Assembly (NCBI GenBank): GCA_963707505.1
Contig: CAVPQB010000002.1
Span: forward strand, 96,001-160,000
Source of the DNA: an uncultured Gemmatimonadales bacterium
GTDB taxonomy: Bacteria > Gemmatimonadota > Gemmatimonadetes > Gemmatimonadales > Gemmatimonadaceae
Direction of reading: 5' to 3'
DNA: 64,000 nucleotides
Notes under the pieces: generated by a model
Databases searched by the model: none
Told to the model about the DNA's origin: nothing
Seen by the model: only the letters and a program-made list of their open reading frames with translations
Part shown: positions 45,844-56,164 of the stretch, in pieces
Layout of the letters: each line of letters opens with the position of its first letter
Position numbering within the stretch: position 1 is the first letter of the stretch
Program-made: the position numbers and the translations under genes

Positions 45844-46834
45844 ATGACCGTAGCCAGAGATTCAACACCCACGACCCGTGATTCGATCCGCCCTACCCCA
45901 TCCACGCCGGTTGGCAGCTCCGGCCGCGGCATGGCCTACCTGGCGCTCGCGGCAGCTGGCTGCTCGTGGGGGACGGGTTTCTACTTCGCCAAGGTCGCGC
46001 TCACGGAGATGGGCGTCGGCCACATGCTGGTGTACCGCTTCGCGTTCGGGTGCCTGGGCCTGCTGCCTGTCGCATTCCGCATTCGCGCCCTGCCGCGAGC
46101 CTCCGACGTCCTGCTCTTTTTCGTAGCGGCCGCACTTTACATACCGATCCAGTTTCTGGTGCAGTTCGAAGGACTCGCACGCACGACTGCCTCGCACGCA
46201 TCGTTGATGGTGGGCACACTCCCACTGACACTTGCAATAGCCGCGGTCATCTTCACCAAAGAGCGCCTGGATCGCGTCGGATGGTCGATGATAGTCGTCT
46301 CGACGATCGGCGCGATACTCATCGTGCTGACGGCACATGAGGCGAACGGCGCCGCCGGTGGGCCGAGCCTGATCGGTGATCTGCTCGTGCTCGGCTCGCT
46401 GTTCGCGGGCGTCGCCTGGGTGCTCGTGACGCAACGCGTGATGCACGCGGGGCACGGCTACTCCGCGGTTGCGATGACTGTTTACGTGGTTTTTCTGGGC
46501 AGCGCGATGCTATTCCTGTGGGTGTTCGCTCGCCGATGGCCCGCCTCCCGTGCATCTCTCCACGCACGTATGGCTGGCGCTGGCGGCCCAGGGATTCCTC
46601 GCGACGACCGCGGCAACACTGCTCTGGAACTGGGGCCTCAGGAGAGTACCGGCAGCCCGCGCCGGCATCTTCGTCAATTTCGAGCCGGTAGTGGGGTCGA
46701 TACTCGGCGTCACACTGCTAGGCGAGTCGCTGGGACCGGTTGCGATCTTCGGGGGCCTTCTGATCGTCGGTGCGGCCACCATATTCTCACTGAGAAAACC
46801 GGCCACACACGAGGCTCAGAGCATGGTCGCGTAA
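45844..46834 (+). CDS. EamA/DMT transporter, frameshifted near 46530
   Basis: First EamA repeat in one frame. LWNWGL...NFEPVVG continues in another frame. Confidence 0.8.
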
Positions 46835-46909
46835 GGCGACGCCATCCTCGGCAGCGGGTGCGGCTCCAACGACGTATTCATTGCGTCCTTTCCAGCCACC
46901 GCAACGATC

Positions 46910-48616
46910 ATGTACAAGCTCGCATCATTCAGTCTGACACGACAATTCAGTGCAGTCGCACTGTTGTCCGCATGCGTTCTGGCTCCAACAGCGCAGTTGA
47001 CCGCGCAACGCGTTGAAGTCTCCTTCCCCTCGAGCGTGCACGCGACACCGATCACCGGACGCCTGATCCTCATCGTCGCCCAGGACTCCGCTCGCGAGCC
47101 GCGCTTTCGTGCGGGTGGATACGGTGGAACGCAGCCATTCTTCGGACTGGACGTTTCCGCTCTCGCTCCCGGCGCAACCGCAACGATCGACGCATCAACG
47201 GCCGGATACCCGTTCACGCTCGCGCAGCTTCCCGCCGGCGATTATTACGTGCAGGCGGTGATGAACGTGTACACGCAGTTCCATCGCGCCGACGGGCACG
47301 TCATCTGGGGACACATGGACCAGTGGGAGGGACAACACTGGAACACATCGCCCGGAAATCTCGTGAGCAATGTGCAACGCGTGCATGTCGGCGCGGGCAA
47401 CCCACTGAACGTCAAACTGTCGCTCTCGCGCGTGCTCCCGCCTGTCACCATGCCCGCAGACACCAGGTGGGTCAAGCACGTGAAGATCCAGAGCAAGCTG
47501 CTCTCCACGTTCTGGGGTCAGCCGATATTCATCGGCGCGACGATTCTTCTTCCGAAAGATTACGACAGTCATCCCACCGCGCACTATCCCGCGATCTACC
47601 AGCAGGACCACTTCTCGCTCGCGCCGGCATTCGGATTCACGACCGACAGCGGCGCGAGTTACACGGCAGAGCGCACCATGCTCAAGGCACGCACGGATGG
47701 TCGCGAGCCTGGATTCGATTTCTACAAGTCGTGGAACTCGAGCAACTTTCCGCGCATGATCGGCGTGAAGTTCCAGCATCCGACGATCTACTACGATGAT
47801 TCGTACGCCGTGAATTCACCGAACAACGGCCCATACGGCGATGCCCTGCTCACCGAGCTGATCCCGTACATCGAGTCGCACTTCCGCGCGATTCCAAAGC
47901 CATATGCGCGCGTACTCACGGGCGGCTCGACGGGCGGATGGGAGTCGATCGCACTTCAGGTTCTGCATCCTGATTTCTTCAACGGAACGTGGACGCTGTA
48001 TCCCGATCCGGTAGACTTCAGCCGTCTGCAGCTCGTGGATGCATATGCCGACACGAGCGCATTCGTCGAGAACGACAATCCGATCGTGGTGACGCCACGC
48101 TACATGAGTCGCTCGTCCGAAGGACAGCCCCAAACGACGCAGCGCGACCTGAGCAAGATCGAATCCGTGCTCGGAAGCCACGAGCGCTCTGGCCAGCAGT
48201 TCAATGCATGGGACGCTGCATGGGGCCCCGTCGGCGCCGACGGCTACCCGCGCCCGTTATGGAACAAGACCACCGGCACGATCGATCGCTCGGTCGCAAC
48301 GTACTGGCGCGACCATTTCGACCTGCGCTACATACTCTCGAAGAACTGGGCGACCATCGGCCCCAAACTGCAGGGCAAGCTTCACGTGTACGTCGGCGAC
48401 ATGGACAATTATTATCTGAACCTCGCCGTCTATCGCCTCAACGATTTTCTCGCATCGACGTCATCACCGAAGTCCGACGCGGTATTCCAGTACGGCCGCC
48501 CGATGAAGGGGCACGGCTGGCAGCCGATGAGCGACGCCGAGATGGTCCGCATGATGTCGAAGCGCATCACGGAGTCGGCACCGAAGGGAGCGGACGTGAC
48601 GTCGTGGAAATACTGA
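46910..48616 (+). CDS. Secreted putative esterase (alpha/beta hydrolase)
   Basis: Signal peptide, GGSTGG nucleophile, VGDMD, GH. Confidence 0.75.
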   Translation: MYKLASFSLTRQFSAVALLSACVLAPTAQLTAQRVEVSFPSSVHATPITGRLILIVAQDSAREPRFRAGGYGGTQPFFGLDVSALAPGATATIDASTAGYPFTLAQLPAGDYYVQAVMNVYTQFHRADGHVIWGHMDQWEGQHWNTSPGNLVSNVQRVHVGAGNPLNVKLSLSRVLPPVTMPADTRWVKHVKIQSKLLSTFWGQPIFIGATILLPKDYDSHPTAHYPAIYQQDHFSLAPAFGFTTDSGASYTAERTMLKARTDGREPGFDFYKSWNSSNFPRMIGVKFQHPTIYYDDSYAVNSPNNGPYGDALLTELIPYIESHFRAIPKPYARVLTGGSTGGWESIALQVLHPDFFNGTWTLYPDPVDFSRLQLVDAYADTSAFVENDNPIVVTPRYMSRSSEGQPQTTQRDLSKIESVLGSHERSGQQFNAWDAAWGPVGADGYPRPLWNKTTGTIDRSVATYWRDHFDLRYILSKNWATIGPKLQGKLHVYVGDMDNYYLNLAVYRLNDFLASTSSPKSDAVFQYGRPMKGHGWQPMSDAEMVRMMSKRITESAPKGADVTSWKY

Positions 48617-48637
48617 TCGGGTAAGCGATAGAAAGGG

Positions 48638-48697
48638 AAAGGGGGGTCAGAGTGGTCTTTCTCGCGAACGCGAGAAAGACCACTCTGACCCCCCTTT
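48638..48697. repeat. 29-bp perfect palindrome, REP/REPIN-like
   Basis: AAAGGGGGGTCAGAGTGGTCTTTCTCGCG-AA-CGCGAGAAAGACCACTCTGACCCCCCTTT. Confidence 0.75.
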
Positions 48698-48717
48698 TCC
48701 TGCCCCCCTTTCCACTC

Positions 48718-49935
48718 CTACGCAGCCACGTCTACGTGTTTCATGTTCGGAAGAAAGCCGGTGAGCAGTCCCACCGCTGGCAGATACGAGCAGACCTTGT
48801 ACACATAGTCGATGCTGGTGTGGTCGGCGAGCTGGCCCAGGAATGCTGCACCAATTCCGCCAACACCGAATGCGAGACCGAAGAACAGGCCGGAGATCAT
48901 CCCCACCTTGCCTGGCACCAATTCCTGCGCGAACACGATGATCGCCGAAAATGCCGAAGCGAGCACGAGACCAATCACCACGCTCAGGATCTCGGTCCAG
49001 AACAGATTTGCGTACGGCAGCAGCAACGTGAATGGAAGCACGCCAAGTATGGAGCACCAGATCACGAGCTTCCGGCCGTACCGGTCACCGATCGGGCCGC
49101 CGATGATCGTACCGGCCGCAACGGCGCCCAGAAACACGAACAGGTGGATCTGCGAGCTCTGTACCGATACGTGGAACTTGTTGATCAGATAGAAAGCGTA
49201 GTAGCTGCTGAGACTCGCGAGATAGAAATATTTGGAGAACAGCAGCGCCATCAAAATGAGTAGCGCGAACTGAACTTTCCGACGCGACAGCGTGACGTGA
49301 TCAGCATCTGCCCTTCGGGCGCGTGCCGGTGAAACCACCGATCGATTCGCGCCGTACCAGGTGCCAACGTTCCACAGTACAACGATTCCGATGAGCGCCG
49401 CGGCGGAGAACCAGGCGATGCTCGACTGTCCGAACGGAAGCACTATGAACGCGGCAAGCAGTGGGCCGATAGCGGAACCGGCATTTCCGCCAACCTGAAA
49501 CATCGACTGCGCAAATCCATGGCGTCCGCCGGATGCCATGCGCGCGACACGTGATGATTCAGGATGAAACACTGATGACCCGACGCCCACCATCGACGCG
49601 GCAACCAACAGTGCGGGAAAACTCCCAGCTCTCGACAACAGCAGCAGGCCGAGCAATGTGAAGCTCATTCCGACAACGAGCGAGTAGGGCTGGGGCCGAT
49701 GATCGGTGTACAGGCCAACCAGTGGCTGCAGCATCGACGCTGTCATCTGATATGCCAGCGTGATGAGTCCGATCTGCGCGAAGTTGAGCCTGTAGCTCGT
49801 CTTCAGCATTGGGTAGATCGCGGGCAGGAGCGACTGCATCATGTCATTCAGCAGATGACAGAACGCAATCGCTCCTAGGATCTTGATGGTCGCGCCAGTG
49901 GTGGCGTGGAATTCCTTGCTGCTAGTGGTTGCCAA
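48718..49935 (-). CDS. MFS transporter, Fsr (fosmidomycin resistance) family
   Basis: HLLNDMMQS, FHPESSRVARMASGGRHG, FQVGGNAG, GDRYGRK. Confidence 0.9.
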   Translation of the reverse strand: MATTSSKEFHATTGATIKILGAIAFCHLLNDMMQSLLPAIYPMLKTSYRLNFAQIGLITLAYQMTASMLQPLVGLYTDHRPQPYSLVVGMSFTLLGLLLLSRAGSFPALLVAASMVGVGSSVFHPESSRVARMASGGRHGFAQSMFQVGGNAGSAIGPLLAAFIVLPFGQSSIAWFSAAALIGIVVLWNVGTWYGANRSVVSPARARRADADHVTLSRRKVQFALLILMALLFSKYFYLASLSSYYAFYLINKFHVSVQSSQIHLFVFLGAVAAGTIIGGPIGDRYGRKLVIWCSILGVLPFTLLLPYANLFWTEILSVVIGLVLASAFSAIIVFAQELVPGKVGMISGLFFGLAFGVGGIGAAFLGQLADHTSIDYVYKVCSYLPAVGLLTGFLPNMKHVDVAA

Positions 49936-50014
49936 TCAGCTCTCGCGTGCTGTCAAGCAGTTCACCAACAAATATCGCGAGATTCATGACCACAAACGCA
50001 GTCCTGCTTCGATT

Positions 50015-50470
50015 CTACCGCCTGCCCTGCAACACAGCGATCCCCGAGCTTATCGCGACAACCAGCAGCATGATCGAAACCAGAATCGTCCCTATCCCAA
50101 TCGATACATGCGATGTCAGAGCTGCGTTTCGTCCAGCGTCGTGACCAACAGTCAGTATCACGAGCGGGACCATCACTATGCCTACCAGGGCAAGCACCGC
50201 GTCCGCGATCAGCGCCCGGCTCTCACGCAGAGCCAGCGAGGCTGCAACGCCGACAATTGGAACCAGAAACAACACCAGCGCGAAGATGTTCAACCCGAAA
50301 TCCGTCTTCGTCAGGAAGAGCAGTGTTTCCGGCTCTCCCGAGCCGGCGAGTGACAGACGCACGAACGGAAAGAGAAGCATGAACGCGAGCGTGACGGCGA
50401 ATATCGTACCGGCCACTGGTGGCACCATCGCATGAAAGTGCCTTGGCCGGCCGGAACCTGCGTATTCCAC
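50015..50470 (-). CDS. Hypothetical 4-TM membrane protein
   Basis: GGAGG RBS and hydrophobic helices. Confidence 0.6.
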   Translation of the reverse strand: MEYAGSGRPRHFHAMVPPVAGTIFAVTLAFMLLFPFVRLSLAGSGEPETLLFLTKTDFGLNIFALVLFLVPIVGVAASLALRESRALIADAVLALVGIVMVPLVILTVGHDAGRNAALTSHVSIGIGTILVSIMLLVVAISSGIAVLQGRR

Positions 50471-50549
50471 GACTACCTCCTTGACTGTGGACCTATCGAA
50501 TCATCGTGCATAGGCCGTGCTCGCGCTAGCGGAGAAATACACAACACGC

Positions 50550-50579
50550 AAAAAAAGGGCGGCCATACCAGGCCGCCCT
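50550..50579 (-). terminator. Rho-independent terminator
   Basis: On the minus strand, GGGCGGCC-loop-GGCCGCCC followed by a U7 run. Confidence 0.8.
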
Positions 50580-50605
50580 CGAATCGTTACGCCGTCGACA
50601 GGACG

Positions 50606-51235
50606 TTACCAGCCAGTCGCTGACCAGAAGCTCGCGAAGAGATCGGTGCTTTCCGACCATGGCATCTCCCCCAGGGCACCAGCGCTAGCCAGCTCGCCGA
50701 AGCTCCCCAAATGGATATGCGGGTCTGGTATCGCCGCGGCCAGAAATCGTGCTGTTGCCGGATCGGCGACGGGTGCCGGACTTATGGTGATCGAAACGCA
50801 CTGGGTTCCATCGGCTGCGGTCACCACTGGAAGCCGAATCGTGGTGCGCTCACCCGGAGCGAGCGCTGGTATCGCCGTCTGTCTTGCGAGACTGAGATGG
50901 TTGCGCGGTGCGACCGAAACCATCGAAACAGGCGCCTCGATCGTTCCACGGTTCTCGATCACGAGAGTGACCACATCCGAAGCAGCGTGCGCGGCTTCCG
51001 AGGGCATGACCGCCGACACTATCGCGAGTGAGTAATCACCGCAGTCGGAGATGCAGTTTCGCGCCGAGGAGCTGGTCGAGCGCGTCTGCGTGGATTGATG
51101 AGGCGGTGCCGGCTGCTCGGCGACGCGAACCGCAGAAGTGGAACGCCGAACGTTCCGCTGAGCAAGGAGCTGCGAAGGTGCTTGGAGCGAGGCGGCGGCC
51201 AATGCCACGCCCAACGACAATCCAAAAGTGCGCAT
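50606..51235 (-). CDS. Secreted protein with CARDB/Ig-like segment
   Basis: Signal peptide, VIENRGT...IPALAPGE. Confidence 0.55.
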   Translation of the reverse strand: MRTFGLSLGVALAAASLQAPSQLLAQRNVRRSTSAVRVAEQPAPPHQSTQTRSTSSSARNCISDCGDYSLAIVSAVMPSEAAHAASDVVTLVIENRGTIEAPVSMVSVAPRNHLSLARQTAIPALAPGERTTIRLPVVTAADGTQCVSITISPAPVADPATARFLAAAIPDPHIHLGSFGELASAGALGEMPWSESTDLFASFWSATGW

Positions 51236-51369
51236 ACAATACCGGGGTTGAAGTCTTCCCAGGTAAGTCTCGGCTGAATCTGGGCTTACTTGACCAGCGT
51301 CGCCACATGGGAATACTTCGTCGTCCTGCAAGGAGCTTCTGGCACATTACACGCAGCAATTCATCGGCC

Positions 51370-52008
51370 ATGACAAAATCCACAGCAGCGATCTGCATGC
51401 TCGCGATCGCACTCGGTGCGTGCAGTCGCAGCGCCGTACAAAAGGAAGATACGTCGTCCGGAGCACCGCCAACTGGGTCCGGAAGCGCACAGACCATCAC
51501 GGCAACAACTCAACAACCACCAGGGAACAAGGCAATGGCGTTCAAACTCATGTCGTCCGCGTTCAGCGAAGGCGGCAACATCCCCACCAAGTACACCTGC
51601 TCGGGCGAGGACACGTCACCACCGCTGGCGTGGTCCGACGCGCCGGAGGGAACGCGCAGCTTCGCGCTCATCGTGGATGATCCCGACGCACCAGATCCAG
51701 CCGCGCCGAAGATGACTTACGTCCACTGGGTGGCGTACAACATCCCGGCCGCAACCACCAAGCTCGCGGAAGGCGCGGGCAAGGGTGCAATGCCCGCAGG
51801 AACGGGCGATGGCTACAACGACTGGAAGAAACCGGAATACGGCGGCCCATGCCCTCCAATCGGGCGGCACCGCTACTTCTTCAAGCTGAGCGCGCTCGAC
51901 ACGACACTCGAACTCTCACGACCGACCAAGGCCGACCTGGAGGCCGCGATGAAGGGCCACGTGCTGGGCACCGCGCAACTGATGGGTACGTACCAGAAGA
52001 CCAAGTAG
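51370..52008 (+). CDS. YbhB/YbcL (PEBP/RKIP-like) lipoprotein
   Basis: Lipobox LGA-C, DPDAP, HW, YGGPCPP, HRY. Confidence 0.9.
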   Translation: MTKSTAAICMLAIALGACSRSAVQKEDTSSGAPPTGSGSAQTITATTQQPPGNKAMAFKLMSSAFSEGGNIPTKYTCSGEDTSPPLAWSDAPEGTRSFALIVDDPDAPDPAAPKMTYVHWVAYNIPAATTKLAEGAGKGAMPAGTGDGYNDWKKPEYGGPCPPIGRHRYFFKLSALDTTLELSRPTKADLEAAMKGHVLGTAQLMGTYQKTK

Positions 52009-52032
52009 AAGCAACCTCGCGACGATGTACCA

Positions 52033-52080
52033 GCTCGTGTAACCGCTCGTGTAACCGATCGTGTAACCGCTCGCGTAACA
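52033..52080. repeat. 12-bp tandem repeat x4 (GCTCGTGTAACC)
   Basis: Read directly. A degenerate fifth copy lies at 52021-52032. Confidence 0.85.
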
Positions 52081-52128
52081 CCCATGGATCGTGGCGGTCC
52101 GGCGCTCTGCGCGCGACATTATACCGCC

Positions 52129-53073
52129 ATGCACACGATCCCATTCGCAACGAGCGCGGCGCGACGTATTCTCCGCGCCGCGCTCGTGCTCGCTCCGCTA
52201 GCGGGCGCTCCGCTCGCAACAGCTCACGCACAGCACGCAGACACGACAGCGCTGCGACACGTGCTGGACTCCATCGCCGATGCGCACCATGGCACGGTGG
52301 GCTACAGCGTGATCGATCTCGATGACGGTGATCGCATCTCGCGACGCGGAGATGAAACATTTCCTACCGCATCGCTCATCAAGGTCGGAATACTCGTCAC
52401 GCTCTACGATCAGGTCGCGAAGGGCAAGATCTCGCTTGATGACCTCGTCACGGTTCTCAAGATCGATCAGGTGCCAGGCTCGGGAATCGTGCAGTTCCTC
52501 CACAACGGAACCGAGCTGTCGATCCACGACGCAGCATGGCTCATGATCACGCTGAGCGACAATACTGCGACCAATCTCATCCTCGATCGCATCGCCATAC
52601 GCCCCATGTGGGACAAGATGGAATCACTCGGCCTGCATCACACCAAGGTCCACGCGAAGGTGTTCAAGCGAAACACCAGCGTCGCGATGGACAGCTCCGT
52701 CAAGTACGGACTTGGCGTTACGACGCCTGATGAGATGGCGCACCTCTTCGAGCTGATCGCTGAGGGCAAGGCGGTGAATCCGCAGGCGGACTCGGCGATG
52801 CTCTACATCCTCGAGCACAACGAGGATCAGACTCTGCTGCAGCGCTATCTCGACGGCGTGCGCGCCGCCCACAAGACCGGCGCGGACGATGCCGTGCGCA
52901 CCGAATGCTCGCTGTTCTATCTCAGGCATCGCGTGATCGCATGCGTGTTGACGAAGGACAACAAGGACACTCGCTGGGTTCTGGACAGCGAGCCGCAATT
53001 GACGATGGGCCGCATGGGCTACGCGATATTCCAGGCATGGGGACCAGCTCCGCGCCCGCCTGCGGTAAAATGA
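52129..53073 (+). CDS. Class A beta-lactamase-like serine hydrolase
   Basis: Signal peptide, ASLIK, SDN, HKTG. Confidence 0.85.
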   Translation: MHTIPFATSAARRILRAALVLAPLAGAPLATAHAQHADTTALRHVLDSIADAHHGTVGYSVIDLDDGDRISRRGDETFPTASLIKVGILVTLYDQVAKGKISLDDLVTVLKIDQVPGSGIVQFLHNGTELSIHDAAWLMITLSDNTATNLILDRIAIRPMWDKMESLGLHHTKVHAKVFKRNTSVAMDSSVKYGLGVTTPDEMAHLFELIAEGKAVNPQADSAMLYILEHNEDQTLLQRYLDGVRAAHKTGADDAVRTECSLFYLRHRVIACVLTKDNKDTRWVLDSEPQLTMGRMGYAIFQAWGPAPRPPAVK

Positions 53074-53135
53074 TTCCGCCGGCGGGTTTCTGCGATCACA
53101 TATAGGACGTACTCGCGTCTAGATTTACCCGCACG

Positions 53136-54029
53136 ATGTCATCAGATCAGCCACAATCCCAGCCACAATCCACGCCGTCCGTCTGCCCGCGCTGCTCAGC
53201 GCCGGGCACGGGCCGCTTCTGCACCGAATGCGGCGCACCGCTCAACAGCGCTCCGTGCGCCTCGTGCGGGCAGCCACTAACTCCCGGCTCGAAGTTCTGC
53301 CACCACTGCGGCGCCATCGCCGGCGCGGCCGCCGCTCCAGCTGCGACCGGCGGCGGAGCGACCCTGGCCAATACGCTTCCCTGGGCAGTTGCCGCTATCG
53401 CCTTTCTCACGCTCTTCGCGATGCTCGCGAGCCGGGGATTCAACGCCAGGCGCGGATCGTCCGTGGACGCGCCGATGAACGCGCTACCCAACCCCACGGT
53501 CGACGCCGGTCCGGCCGGCGCGATGGGCGGTGGCGATCCATCCGCTGCCCCGTTCGCGGGCGCCGCTGGCGCAGCAGGTGGCGCAGCCGGTGGTGTTCGC
53601 GCCCCGGACATCTCCCAGCTTTCCCCAACCGACATCGCCAACCGGCTATTTGATCGCGTTATGCGACTAAATGACCAGGGGAAGGCCGATTCGGTCGCCT
53701 TCTTCGCCCCGATGGCGGTGCAGGCCTATCAGATGGTGGAGCAGGAGCAGGGTCATCCGCTCGACGCCGATCAGCGCTTCGACGTCGGACGCATTGGCGA
53801 GGTCGCTGGCGCGCTGCAGATTGCGAAGGCACAGGCGGACACGATTCTGCAGCAACAGCCGGATCATCTGCTGGGACTGCTGCTCGCGGCGCAGGCTGCC
53901 AAGCTGTCGGGAAACACTGCCGCGCTCAATCAGTACAAGGCCACGTTCGAGCGGGTCAAGGCGCGTGAGCTCGCCAAGAATCTGCCCGAGTACAAGCGAC
54001 ACAAGGCAGACATAGACGCCGGCGTGTAA
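53136..54029 (+). CDS. Double zinc-ribbon membrane protein
   Basis: CPRC, FCTECG, CASCG, FCHHCG, then a TM and a helical C-domain. Confidence 0.75.
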   Translation: MSSDQPQSQPQSTPSVCPRCSAPGTGRFCTECGAPLNSAPCASCGQPLTPGSKFCHHCGAIAGAAAAPAATGGGATLANTLPWAVAAIAFLTLFAMLASRGFNARRGSSVDAPMNALPNPTVDAGPAGAMGGGDPSAAPFAGAAGAAGGAAGGVRAPDISQLSPTDIANRLFDRVMRLNDQGKADSVAFFAPMAVQAYQMVEQEQGHPLDADQRFDVGRIGEVAGALQIAKAQADTILQQQPDHLLGLLLAAQAAKLSGNTAALNQYKATFERVKARELAKNLPEYKRHKADIDAGV

Positions 54030-54060
54030 GGCCCGCTCTCAAACGCACACCATTTATTAA

Positions 54061-54892
54061 ATGACGACGATCCACCTCGCTCACTCGCCCGATTCGGATG
54101 ACGCATTCATGTTCTACGCACTCGCGTCGGGCAAGATCGAGACTGATGGCATAAAGTACGTACACGAGCTGCAGGACATAGAATCGCTGAACCAACGGGC
54201 GCGCCGAGCGGAGTTGGAGGTTACGGCCGTGTCGATTCATGCCTATGCGTACCTGTCCGATGCCTACGCATTGCTCCCTCACGGCGCCTCCATGGGCGAC
54301 CGCTACGGGCCCAAGCTCGTCGCTCGGACGCCCATGACGCGCGCGGAAACCGTTGGCAAGCGTATCGCCATCCCCGGACCGCTCACCTCGGCGTATCTCG
54401 CGCTCAGGCTGTACCAGCCTGATTTCATCGCGGTCCCGACGCATTTTGACAAGATCGAGCAGGCCGTGCTCGGCGGCGACGTCGACGCCGGCTTGCTGAT
54501 TCACGAAGGGCAGCTAACGTATGCCGATGACGGGCTGCATCTTGTCGAAGATATGGGCGAGTGGTGGTTCCAGGAGACCGGCCTTCCGCTTCCACTAGGC
54601 GGAAACATCGTGCGCAAGGACCTTGGGCCGGAGCTGATAGCCAAGGTTTCGCGGCATTTAAAACAGAGCATTGCCTACGGCCTCGATAACCGAAAGGCAG
54701 CGCTGGACCACTCGATGACGGTACGCCCGTGGGCTCGAGCGCGACAAGGCGGACGAGTTTGTCGGCATGTACGTGAACGACTGGACGCTTGACTATGGCC
54801 CGCGGGGACGCGAGGCTGTTAAACTGCTCCTTGACCGCGGCGTGAAAGCGGGTATCATCACGCGCGACGTGCAAGTCGAATTCTCGGACTGA
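54061..54892 (+). CDS. mqnD: 1,4-dihydroxy-6-naphthoate synthase (futalosine pathway), frameshifted near 54720
   Basis: HSPDSDDAFMF, IHEGQLTY, LPLPLG. MYVNDWT continues in the shifted frame. Confidence 0.88.
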
Positions 54893-55033
54893 TCGCTCAC
54901 ACGCAATCAGCACGCATGGTAGTTGCGACGAATAATTGAGATCCTGATCGAAGTGCAATGCTCGCGTGTATAGAAGGCACGCGACGTGCAACGCGCGACA
55001 GAGACATCTGAAATCCCCAGACAGGAGAGGGCA

Positions 55034-56033
55034 ATGCCCAGCAGAGACGAGGTGCCAGAGACGTTCCGCTTCGCGGACGACGATGACGACGACCTCGGCG
55101 GATACGGCGGAGGCAGTCGGAGCCGCCGTTCACGTTACGATGAAGACGATGATGAGGAAGGCGGCTGGAGCATAAACAGCGACAACAGCGACCAGCTCTG
55201 GGATAGCGCAGAAGACATCGACGAGGACGACGAGGACGCCGTAGAGGGCGAAGCTGGTGCCGAGGACGAAGAGCCGGATCTGTTTCCCACGAGCGCGGCT
55301 CAGAACATGGGGATCGAAGACATCGACGACGATGAAACCGGTCCACTCGTGCGTGCTCCAGGGCGCCGCGGTCGTCCGAAAGGCTCGGGTAAGAAGAACA
55401 CATCTTCTGGCGGTGGCTCGATCTTCGAATCGCTGGACTCGTCGCTCAACATCCCTCCCAAAAGCCCGGTCGTCGACGACGATATCGAGGAGCTCGAGGA
55501 TGAGCTGGATGATCTCGATGACGTTGATATCGACGAGGTAATTATCATCGAGCCGATTCCATCAAAGCTGGCCGGCAAAGGGCGCGCGGCAAAGCGACGC
55601 CAGCCAAATCGGCAAGCAAGCCCGCCGCGAAACCCGCAGCGAAGCCCGCAGCGAAAACGGCTCCCAAGGCATCGAAAACAGCTCACAAGAGCGCTGCCAA
55701 ACCGGCAGCTAAAAAGGCGGCGAAGCCTGCTGCAAAGTCGCATGCAACGTCGCATGCAACGTCGCATCAACGTCCCATGCGAAGGCGGCTGCCAAGCCGG
55801 CCGCGAAGAAGACCGTTGCCAAGAAAGCGGCTGTAAAGAAAACAGTAAGCGCGCATAAAGGCGCCAGTAAGAAGACAGCCAAGAAATCTTCGGCTCATAA
55901 GCCGGCGGCGCGCAAATCGGCGCCAACTGCGAAGAAGTCGGGTAAGACTTCAGCAAAAAAGAGCACGAGTCACAAGACGACCCATAAGGCCGGCCGCTCG
56001 TCCAGCCGGTCAACGGGGCGCTCGCGGCGCTGA
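55034..56033 (+). CDS. Disordered acidic protein with AT-hook and Lys/Ala histone-H1-like tail (frameshifted ~55590-55780)
   Basis: D/E-rich N-half, RRGRPKGS. The shifted frame reads KPAAKPAAK...KKTVAKKAAVKK...RSRR-stop. Confidence 0.65.
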
Positions 56034-56066
56034 TTTCGATCGGGTTGGATTCATCTGTATCGATCG

Positions 56067-56098
56067 ACGAAGAAGGCCCCTTCGGGGGCCTTCTTCGT
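56067..56098 (+). terminator. Terminator hairpin with cUUCGg tetraloop
   Basis: ACGAAGAAGGCCCC-TTCG-GGGGCCTTCTTCGT. Confidence 0.75.
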
Positions 56099-56164
56099 AT
56101 CATTCAATCGTACTATTCGACACTTTCAGCCTCTTCCGCGCGGCCCGGTATGTGCCAGCGGTAG

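Noticed and set aside
52021..52080. Possible CRISPR array
   Set aside because: The 12-bp units are contiguous with no spacers, and there are no cas genes in the window.
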